This document shows, in pieces, positions 28,832 to 40,236 of a stretch of DNA of 64,000 nt. The notes beneath the pieces are model-generated. The model was not told the origin of the DNA. It saw only the letters and a list, made by a program, of their open reading frames with translations, and made no database searches. The translations under genes and the position numbers were made by a program. Numbering within the stretch: position 1 is the stretch's first letter; the number at the start of each line of letters is the position of its first letter. Source of the stretch: Octopus sinensis (lineage: Eukaryota); the NCBI RefSeq assembly GCF_006345805.1, contig NC_042999.1:159836001-159900000 (forward strand). The letters run 5' to 3'.

Positions 28832-29745
28832 CTAACTCTTAGTGAGTAAGTCATCTATAATGAATAACAAAAATACAAATTCCCAACCACAACTGATTCC
28901 ATAATTCTTCCATAATTTTTCTTGCGCAGAGTTTTGTATTTACTCAGTAGCAAAAAGATTCAGCTCTCAAAAACCCCTTTTCACTTATCTGTCCAACCAT
29001 AACAAGTGCATATCTACCTGCTTCAAATGGTGGTTAACACTGTTAAATTTATAACACCCTCTACAGAATAAATCTGCACAGTAGTGTATGTCTGTCATTC
29101 CTATATGAGATAAAATCAGACAAACTTGCTTACATTTATTTTAAAAGAAGTTATGAACTTTCTAATCTAAGGGACAAAAGTCCAAACACTTCCTCTCTCA
29201 TCTATATTCTGTAATGTTTATTATCAACATCAATACATAGGTTGCTGAATTTTTATGAGTCTTTTTGAATTTATGAATAATGAAAAACATTACATTACAC
29301 ATGAAAGTAAATTTTATTGTATGCCCAATTACCACAATACACAGAGGCCTGCCAAGACAGTAACATCACCCTCCATCTAATTAGATAGAATCCTGACTTC
29401 AGCCAGCAAATGGTGTGAAACTGAGGTCAACCACACAAGTTTACAAACAGATCAGATTCAAAACAACCCCCCCCCTCACTTCCCATTGAACTGTAACCAA
29501 GAAACAATTAACTGTATCCAGTCCACTTGGAAACTAGCTAAAGGACAGACCCTCAACGAAGTGCACAGAAAATTATGCTCAGTTGCATGTACAACTGCCT
29601 GTTGTCTGTGCAGTGGAAACATGTATAGGTCGTAATAACCATAAAAATATGCTGCATGAAAGTGTAAAATAAAAAATCAAATTTGAGAATGAACAAGTCT
29701 CCATATTCAATTTCTTTATATATACATGTATATATATACATATGC

Positions 29746-29782
<37 letters not shown>

Positions 29783-29792
29783 TATATATATA

Positions 29793-30446
29793 TGTCCTCT
29801 GGAGGACACTTGTCCTAAGCCACTTTGACTACTGCTCTCAGTTATGGTCACCATCCAGTGTCAAGTTGATCACAGAGCTCGAGGCGATCCAACGTAGCTA
29901 CACGAAGAAGATAGCCTCTGTGCAGAATGTAAGCTACTGGGAAAGACTCAAGAAATTAAAATTATATTCCCTGGAGCGTAGGCGGGAAAGATATGCCATA
30001 ATATACATCTGGAAGATCCTGGAGGGAAGTGTCCTTAACTTTGGCATCGAGAGTTACGCAAATGCCAGAACTGGGCGCCACTGCGTGGTGCCTAGGACTC
30101 CAAACTTGCCATCAAGATGTAGGACAAGATTCTGTGATAGCCTGGGCTTCCGAGGCCCACAGCTCTTCAATATCCTCCCGAAGAACCTGAGAGACCTGCA
30201 TGGGGTGGATACAGATGTCTTTAAAATGAAACTGGATCTCTTCCTGTCAGGTGTCCCAGATGAACCAACTTCACGGCAGGAGGGGCAGATGAGGGCAGCT
30301 GCATCGAACTCTCTCATGCACCAAATAGCAGTTGTTAGAAAGCCTTCATGAAGTGAAACCAAGTAGCAACACCAAATGGCGGTGCCCCAGCATGGCCACA
30401 GCTCATAAGCTGAAACTGGAAAAATCAAAAATCAAATCAAAATCAT
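29793..30446 (+). mobile_element. 5'-truncated CR1-like LINE, C-terminal ORF2 fragment plus 3' UTR
   Basis: Translates LVLSHFDYCSQLWSP...LEAIQRSYTK...YWERLKKLKLYSLERRRERY...GPQLFNILPKNLR...FKMKLDLFL, the typical CR1-group post-RT region. Ends in an (AAATC)-like tail. Confidence 0.88.
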
Positions 30447-31112
30447 ATATGCATATATATGCATATATATATGCATATATATATGCATATATATATGCAT
30501 ATATATGCATATATATGCATATATACATGCATATATATATGCATATATATGCATATATATATGCATATATATATGCATATATATGCATATATATGCATAT
30601 ATATATATATATGCATATATATATATATATATGCATATATATATATATGCATATATATATATATATATATGTGCATATATATATATATATATATGCATAT
30701 ATATATATATATATGCATATATATATATATTATATATGCATATATATATATATATGCATATATATATATATATGCATATATATATGCAATATATATATAT
30801 ATGTATATATATATTATATATGTATATATATATATGTATATATGTATATATATGTATATATGTATATATATAGTATATATGTTATATATATGTATATATA
30901 TATATATATGTATATATGTATATATATATATTATTATATGTATATATATATATATTATATTATATATATATATATATATTATGTATATATATATAATATT
31001 ATATGTATATATATATAATATATATTATATATATATATATATATATAAATATATATATGCATATATATGTATATATATATGCATATATATGTATGTATAT
31101 ATATGCATATAC
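30446..31112. repeat. Compound (ATATATGC)n/(AT)n microsatellite
   Basis: Directly visible; it generates spurious MHIY/YI ORFs. Confidence 0.97.
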
Positions 31113-32494
31113 ATCATCATCATCATCATCGTTTAACGTCCGTTTTCTGCGCTAGCACGGGTTGGACGTACATACATGAACATATGTATATTTAAAGAAA
31201 GCTGTTTAACTGACATAGATCAGTCAGCTTAAAATACATACAAAAGTATTACATACTTTTTGGGATTAGAGACTCAGTTCTTAAAAATTTCACCAACATG
31301 CTTTAATTTCATTCATAAGAAACTTTTAATAACTTCAGCAATTAAAACGAATATGATATCCAAATGAATTATTCTAATAACAAGAAAATGGAGTTACAAA
31401 CACTTTAGGAAAACAAAGCAGCAAATTAATGATGAAAAATACAAAATTTCATTCATGCTATATTTTATTAAGTATTTCTATTGAAAATTGCAGCAAAGAA
31501 GCTCTAAAGAACAGAGAATTGTATCCTATAGAAAGGAAACAATACTTCAAACGCAGGATAGAAAATGTCAATATTAGAAGGACACAATATTACATTTCCA
31601 CTTTCAATAATGTCAAGCATAAAGCAAGTTTCTGTATTGTTGTATGCAAGTATGTGTGCATGTGTGTTTTCCAGTGTTACCATGGGTTAAGAAATTCTAA
31701 AAGTATAGAAACATATACACAAGTATACACACACACATGCACACAAGCACGTACACACACGCACAAATAAGATTCAAGTTACAAGATAAGATTTTTCTTC
31801 TGGTGGCCAGCTTATGAGATGCGACGATCAAGATACCAAAAATTTATCAAAAGCTCAGCAGGAAACCAATTTTAGAAATATAAGAAAATAACAAAGCACT
31901 TTTTAAAATAATCCTCATATGTTAAAATATAAGTTCAATCTATTCAATAACATTTCTCTACAAAAAAAGACAAACAACAACGAATGATGTTCATTGAAAT
32001 TTGTTTCGGAGCTAAAACAGATTTATTACCTAAATTATGGTTGTTTAGATGAATCAATAATATCAGATCAAACTATTTAAAACAAAACAAAATTTATAAC
32101 CTAATCATTCATTGCTTTCATATAAGCTTTTCAATAATTAATTGCATTAATTTCTAACTTCATAAATCATTATCATATGCCTTCCACTGCCTAATTCATT
32201 TGGATAATTTCAATTTTCTTTTTTTGTCATTTACCAGATTTAGTGATAGCATATATATGCATATGATGTGTGTGTGTGTGCATGCTCATATGACTGTGAT
32301 CATGTACGTGCATATGAGTAAGTAAGATAGCGTGTGACAAAGAAAATATAAACACACAAACACGTTTATATACATGTATACACAAACAGCAAGAGAATAC
32401 ATATACATGAACATTTATGAGTGCGTAAAAAACATATTTGCATGTATGTATATACATGTGTATGCATATATCTACCTATCTTTCAACACACACA

Positions 32495-32508
32495 TATATG
32501 TGTGTGTG

Positions 32509-32557
<49 letters not shown>

Positions 32558-32565
32558 TATTTATA

Positions 32566-32597
<32 letters not shown>

Positions 32598-32672
32598 GTG
32601 TATATATATAATATATATATATAGTATATATATATATATTGTATATATATATATATATATATATATAGATAT

Positions 32673-32761
<89 letters not shown>

Positions 32762-33153
32762 TAGTTGTCCTTAATTGCTAAATTTTTATTCCGAAAAAAC
32801 TTTTCCTCTCCCGAAATGCAATTCGTAAAAGTTTGCCATTCATCGGATATAGTATATATAAACCCACCCATGTGCTTCGTTGATGTTGATCAGTTAGCTG
32901 ATCGGCTTAAGCGAAGCAGGGTCGTTGTTTATTTATAGTATATTCAGGCCTGCTGATGATTACGTAAGTATGAAATCACTGTGATACAGGTCTATATATT
33001 TTTAAATGTCTTTCTTTGAAAAATTGCATTCGGTGGGATTAGTAATATTTTTGGTAGAAATGACTGATTGTCCCTCTTAGCGTATGGCGTGTATGTAGAA
33101 TGCCTCCTGGCATGTATGTATAATGCCCTCTATATATAATATATATATATATG

Positions 33154-33204
<51 letters not shown>

Positions 33205-33308
33205 TGTATATATATATAGTATATATATATGTATATATATATATTATGTATATATATATATGTATATATATATATGTATATATATATATATTATATATAT
33301 ATATATAT

Positions 33309-33361
<53 letters not shown>

Positions 33362-33392
33362 GTATATATATATATGTATATATATATATATG

Positions 33393-33465
<73 letters not shown>

Positions 33466-33562
33466 TTCAAAGACATGATAGGAAATACATATATTCAAAA
33501 ATATAGACTTCTATGCATACACATGATACTCAGGTATGTATACGTACATATATATGTACACA

Positions 33563-33605
<43 letters not shown>

Positions 33606-33714
33606 TGCATACCTAGAAACACACTAATAAACATCAACATATAAACATCAAGATATACATATATATTATCTATATATATACATTTAAAGATATACATATA
33701 TATATACATACATT

Positions 33715-33769
<55 letters not shown>

Positions 33770-33985
33770 GTATGTATATATGTGTGTGTGTATATATATA
33801 TATGTGTGTGTGTGTGTATGCGTGTGTATATATATATATCTATATATCTGTGTGTGTGTATGCGTGTGTATATATATATATATCTATATATCTGTGTGTA
33901 TATATATATATATATCTATATATCTGTGTGTGTATATATATATATATGTAAGTGTGTGTGTGTGTATACTTATAAATAAATAAAT
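32495..33985. repeat. Cluster of long imperfect (TA)n/(TG)n microsatellites interrupted by a unique island at ~32780-33125
   Basis: Directly visible. Confidence 0.95.
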
Positions 33986-34619
33986 GGAGTTAAACACAGG
34001 TGTTATTCAAATTCTTTTACTTCTGACACATGTTTCGAAGATATCACTGGTATTATTCCAAAGGAATAAAATGGTGTAAAGCAATTTAATCTTCTCTTCA
34101 GGGAAGTGAAGAAATGAAACTCGTCAATAAGACATTTTAACAGAATATGATGGATGTGTATAGTGATTAACTGAACGCTATGAATATTGTTTCAAAAAAA
34201 CGTTATATGATATGACGTCAGAGGTAGCCTATAGAAAGAGGAGGGATAAAGTAAGGAAAAACTAAATAAATGAGAAGTATATGACTACATGTAAATTAAA
34301 TAAAACCATATAGACTAGGAAAAATATATATCTAGTGAATGTGAAATGTAAAAAAATTAATGTTTAAATTATATATAAAAATAGCTATCACTTATATGAA
34401 CTAAAGGTGTGTTTCTGCCAATGTTTACATTGGTATGCATGCTCTATAACTGTGTTTCCAAAGGAATTTTTAGAAAAAAGAATAAAAAATAGTTCAGAAT
34501 TACAGAAGACAGAATTCCTTGCCTTTATCATAAGGTATCGAAATTGAGAGAATCAACCAATCTAAATATAGACTCTTATGCATACACATGATACTCAATA
34601 AACAATTTAATTTAGATTA

Positions 34620-34988
34620 AATGCCTGCCCTCACATCGCCAATATGACCAAGGAAGCCATTCAAACACATGGCTGGAAAGTGCTGCCACACCCGCCGTAC
34701 TCTCCTGATTTGGCACCAATGGATTTCCACCTCTTTTCGATCTCTTTCAAATGCTATGTGCAGAGTTTCGTTCAATACTGATGCAGAATTGAGAGCTAGG
34801 TTGGATCAATTTTTCCAGTCAAAATCGGGTGATTTCTACCGATGAGGTATTGAAAATCGTGTTGAACATTGGGAAGAAGTTGTAAACAAGAAGGGTGAAT
34901 ACATCATTGATTAATTAGTTGTTATTTTTTATTAAACCTTTTAAAAAATTTAAAATTAAAAAAGACAGCAGGAACTTAGTTGCCAACC

Positions 34989-34992
<4 letters not shown>
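34620..34992 (+). mobile_element. Mariner 3' fragment
   Basis: PHIANMTKEAIQTHGWKVLPHPPYSPDLAPMDFHLF motif, followed by a terminus-like sequence ending gttgccaacccaa. Confidence 0.85.
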
Positions 34993-35032
<40 letters not shown>

Positions 35033-35044
35033 GCTTATACATAT

Positions 35045-35335
35045 ACGAGTTCTTTTTTTACTAGTATCAGTCATCAGACTGCAGCCATGCTGGTGCACCA
35101 GCTTGAACCTTAGTACTTCAGTTTTTTAAGCCTGGTACATATTGTATCAGTTTCTTTTGATGAACCTCTAAGTTACAGGTACATAAACACACCAACCGCA
35201 GTTGTCAAATAGTGGTCGGACACACACACACACACATGCACACACATATATACATACATACATACAACAGGTTTCTTTCAGCTTCCATCTATCAAATTCA
35301 TTCACAAAGCTTTGGTTGGTCTGAAGCTACAGTAA
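35045..35335 (-). mobile_element. Old degenerate SINE family B copy
   Basis: Diverged match (cagtcatcagactgcagccatgctgg...cactcacaaagctttggttgg-like). Confidence 0.65.
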
Positions 35336-36591
35336 TCACTAACTAAAACAAGGAAACCATCCAGAAGAGTTACAGGTGATTTCGAAGTTGTCTGGAGGCC
35401 AATGGTGATTTTGTTAAATAAATTTACTCTTTAGTATTTCAAGATATTTTACGTAATTTTGGTAAATATATCTGTTAAAATGAGATGTCAGTGTTATTTT
35501 CATTTTTGTGTAATTTAGATGAGAGTTCATTCACCACACCTTGTATATACACAAACATATACCTATATACATATACATCTACATATATGATATGATGTAT
35601 GACTTCTTGTTGTCACTCTTATATCTGAACTGTTATAATATCAAACGTTCCTGATATTCTCTTATTACTCTCCAACTGTGTATCTTCAAGAAGTACTCCA
35701 TGATATCTCTATTCAATAATTCCTACTACCTGTACACTATGACTGCACATATGACACTCCTCTCAGACTGTTCTGCGCATGCTCATTTATACTAACTAAT
35801 ATAGTTCACTTAGCCAATTACAGGGATATACAGATTTCCCAAACCACAATATAAGTGTAAAGATATATGAAGTTGTTAAGAATTTAGAAACTCTGAGAGA
35901 ACGTAAAATAATTCATTTTGAACATTTGAACTGAAAGTGGAAATGCTATCAGTAGCAACATGTAAATATTGGGTTTAAAAAAAAAACCATTAGAAACAGG
36001 CAGTCTTAAATTTTTGCTCTTCAAAGCATGTTTTTTTTTACCCTATATTTACACATTATTCATAACTTGTTTACTTCTAGTTCAACTGCTAAAAACAGAT
36101 ATTACACACGCACATAGACATCCCTATAGTTTCTCTCTTCCAAATTTCACTATAAAGGCATTAGATCCTCTGAGATTATAGTCAACATTTGTCTGATATG
36201 CTATGCAGTGTGGTCAAGCCCTTAAGAGCTTGGCTGTGAAAGAAGCTTAACTACACAAATACACCTGCATCAACATATAAAAATTATCATCATTTTATGT
36301 TACGTTTTCCATAGACAGGATCTTATGGCTCAAAGGACCACACCTCACTCCAATGATTAATTTTTTGATCAGGTTCCTACAGCTTAATGCCCTTCAAAGC
36401 AAAAATGAGTGATCACGACAGTAAACTGCTGTAATTGACTTTCATTGACCTGCAGAAAGCCTTACACAGGGTCCCCTCACTCTAAAATCTGCTGGTCACT
36501 ATAGAAGCTAGGAGTAGATGAGTGGATGATGAGGGCCATCCAAGCCATGTACAGCAGTCCTGTCAATAAGGTTAAAAGTTAGTAATGAGAA

Positions 36592-36819
36592 GAACTCTTT
36601 AGCATTTAAACCGGCCACATCCGGCCAAAAGTATTCTGCCTGTTTTATGTTCAAACTGGCCACATTCAGCCTCTCACACCAACCCTACAATATCGTTTTA
36701 AAAATTAACAATTACCTCATCAGACTCTCAAAGCTACAAGATAATGCATGATGAATTCAAAACAAGGTGGATGAAAAAGAATTAATTTTGGCAGAATAAT
36801 GCGAACACTAAAGGGTTAA
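36592..36819. mobile_element. piggyBac-like MITE (family 2)
   Basis: Ends in ctaaagggttaa. Related fragments lie at 1-66, ~46230-46367 and ~52790-53310. Confidence 0.7.
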
Positions 36820-38029
36820 AATGCCAATCCCTCCTTCACAGCTTCTATTTTCTCAGTTGTTTTAATTGCATGAGAGCATCGTACTACCAGTTATCCTTCT
36901 GCTTAGAACCACTTCCCTTGCCCCTCATCCTGCAGTTTCAGCATCATCCATTACTACTTTTATTTCCACTGAACAACCTTTGGCTCTGAAAGACTCTCTG
37001 CTATCTCTTTATACCATGCCCTCAGTGAATCTCACCTCTGTTTCTGTCACTGTTAGAAAGGGGCTACATTCCATGTTAGTTGACCTTTGATAGAACTTGG
37101 ATGGTAACATCTCTTTAAGAGGATTGATATTCTTAATGTAATTATATATACAAACATATATATATATACCTTTTTCTTTTGAGGCCCCATTTCTTCAATC
37201 AAAATTCATGATTTACGACCTTTTATTCATATTTTACTTTATTCTATCTAAAATTCAATATTTCACATTTTCCTAAAGACTGTATTTAGGTAGGAACGTT
37301 TGAGGTACAATGTAATATTTTTACAAGAACTTTTGAAGATACAATGTATTACCATTTTATTTTTTGAAATTTTCAGTTATAGTTTAATTCTTGTTCAACA
37401 TCTTAACCAAAGTAAAGAGATGGCTCATCTGTGTACTCACCAACAGTTCATATCATCTCCCTATTTCTTATCTATCTATGGTTTTATCATACCATTGCTC
37501 CTCCCTGATCTGACCCGCTCCTATATTTCTCACCCTTGCCCAAACTGAGACCAACCATGGCCCACATCTCCAGGTCCCCCATTCACTGCAATCACTTCTA
37601 TTCTTATCTCTTTACACCTTCGCAGGCCTATCAGCCCATCCTCACTTCTCTGTCCATATTCTCTCTCTTTTCACATTCTTGTACCATGAGAATCTGTCCT
37701 AATACTTCATCTTTACCATTCTTTCTGCCATTCCTGCACTTTCTCTCTCTCTATCCTCCATGAAGTATAGGAACCACTTTACACCATTCACATGTAGTAA
37801 GTTACTCATGCTGGAACCATGAAAAAAAGCACTCGTATACTCTGTAAAGTGGTTGGCATTACAAAAGACATCCAACCATAGAAACTATGTCAAAGTTGAC
37901 ACAGGAGCATGGCAGTCTCCTCACTCACCAGATCCTTCCAAACAGTCCAGCCAATGCCAATAGGGAGCCGGATGTTCAATGATGAGATACACACACACAA
38001 CATTTATATATGCACATGTATATACACAC

Positions 38030-39606
38030 ACATACATACACACACACATTCCAGAAGTACTGAACCCATCACATGTAATACAAGATAGTAGGGGAAAAAG
38101 TTTTATTTTTATAAGGGGTCATAATCTGGCTTAAAATTTTGGGGACATCCATCCTGTGTATACACACACACATTCCAGAAGTACAGAACCCATCACATGT
38201 AATACAAGATAGTAGGGGGAAAAAAAGTTATTTTTATAAGGGGTCATAATCTGGCTTAAAATTTTGGGGACATCCATCCTGTGTATACACACACACACAT
38301 TCCAGAAGTACTGAACCCATCACATGTAATACAAGATAGTAGGGGAAAAAAATTTTATTTTTATAAGGGGTCATAATCTGGCTTAAAATGTTGGGGACAT
38401 CCATCCTGTGTATACACACACACATACATTCCAGAAGTAATGAACCCATCAAATGTAATACAAGATAGTAGGGGAAAAAATTTAATTTTTATAAGGTGTC
38501 ATAATCTGGCTTCAAATTTTGGGGACATCCATCCTGTGTATACACACACAAACACACATTCCAGAAGTACTGAACCCATCAAATGTAATACAAGATAGTA
38601 GGGGGAAAAATTTTTATTTTTATAAGGGTTCATAATCTGGCTTAAAATTTTGGGGACATCCATCCTGCGTATACATACATACACACACACATTCCAGAAG
38701 TAATGAACCCATCACATGTAATGCAAGATAGTAGGGGGAAAAATTTAATTTTTATAAGGTGTCATAATCTGGCTTAAAATTTTGGGGACATCCATCCTGT
38801 GTATACACACACACACACATACACACACATTCCAGAAGTAATGAACCCATCAAATGTAATACAAGATAGTAGGGGAAAAAATTTAATTTTTATAAGGTGT
38901 CATAATCTGGCTTCAAATTTTGGGGACATCCATCCTGTGTATACACACACACACATTCCAGAAGTATGAACCCATCACATGTAATACAAGATAGTAGGGG
39001 AAAAAAAATTTATTTTTACAAGGGGTCATAATCTGGCTTAAAATGTTGGGGACATCCATCTGTATACACACACACACCACATACACACACATTCCAGAAG
39101 TATGAACCCTCAAATGTATACAAGATAGTAGGGGAAAAAATTTAATTTTTATAAGGTGTCATAATCTGGCTTAAAATTTTGGGGACATCCATCCTGTGTA
39201 TACATACACACATACATACACACACACATTTCAGAAGTAATGAACCCATCACATGTAATGCAAGATAGTAGGGGGAAAAATTTAATTTTTATAAGGTGTC
39301 ATAATCTGGCTTAAAATTTTGGGGACATCCATCCTGTGTATACACACACAAACACACATTCCAGAAGTACTGAACCCATCACATGTAATACAAGATAGTA
39401 GGGGGAAAAAATTTTATTTTTATAAGAGGTCATAATCTGGCTTAAAATTCAGAGGACATCCATCCTGTGTATACACACACACACACACATTCCAGAAGTA
39501 CTGAACCCATCACATCACATGTAATACAAGATAGTAGGGGGAAAAAAATTAATTTTTATAAGGGGTCATAATCTGGCTTAAAATTTTGGGGACATCCATC
39601 CTGTGT

Positions 39607-39637
<31 letters not shown>

Positions 39638-39780
39638 CCAGAAGTACTGAACCCATCTCATGTAATACAAGATAGTAGGGGAAAAAAAATTTATTTTTAT
39701 AAGGGGTCATAATCTGGCTTAAAATTTTGGGGACATCCATCCTGTGTATACACACATACACACAAACAAACACACACACA
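38030..39780. repeat. Tandem array of 13 units of ~125-145 bp, each with a variable (CA)n tract
   Basis: The motif ccagaagta...gaacccatca...caagatagtagggg...tcataatctggctt...acatccatcctg recurs 13 times. Confidence 0.97.
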
Positions 39781-40143
39781 CACAATCTGTGCTATAGTCA
39801 GAGTTTTAGTGAAAAATATGTACTAATAAGTACACCAACTACAAAAAAAAAATTAGAAGTAAAATCCATGAGAAAAAACTACAAAGATGGTAGTTTTCAC
39901 AGTAAAAAAAAAAAACTGGAAAGAAATATTTAACAAATAGATATAAATGAAGATGTGTAAATAGAAGCAACAGTGATTTCGGTACATGAAGGAAGAGAGA
40001 GAAAAGCAACATGGCAGACTGAGGCACAACATAATGACAACAATTAAAAGTGGATCTGAAAAGATTGAAGATAAGAAATTATAATACAAAAGCTGTCAGT
40101 GAAGCTGCATTTTTGAGAAAAAAGAAGAAGAAAAAATACTCAC

Positions 40144-40236
40144 AGGAATTCACTGTTTGTCGGGTCTTTGCGCTTGTGCAGTATGCTTCAATTACTCGCA
40201 AGATTATCTGGTCGTCTTCTGATTTCACAGGGTCAT
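40144..40236 (-). CDS. ARHGEF7: Coding exon of PIX-family Rho GEF (ARHGEF7/beta-PIX orthologue), GIT-binding domain
   Basis: 93-nt exon, phase 1 to phase 1, with a long poly-U tract ending cttttag at the acceptor and gtgagt at the donor. It translates (Y/D)DPVKSEDDQIILRVIEAYCTSAKTRQTVNS, closely matching the recalled vertebrate PIX motif EEDAQILKVIEAYCTSAKTRQTLNS. ARHGEF6 versus ARHGEF7 cannot be distinguished; invertebrates typically have one PIX. Confidence 0.92.

Noticed and set aside
30332-33983. Long ORFs rich in Y/I/C/M/H (e.g. 228 aa at 30332, 225 aa at 30459, and similar at 14582 and 15477)
   Set aside because: They are translations of (TA)n, (TG)n and (ATATATGC)n microsatellites.
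38030-39780. CRISPR-like appearance of this array and of the 60-bp arrays
   Set aside because: The context is eukaryotic, whole units are repeated without unique spacers, and there are no cas genes.
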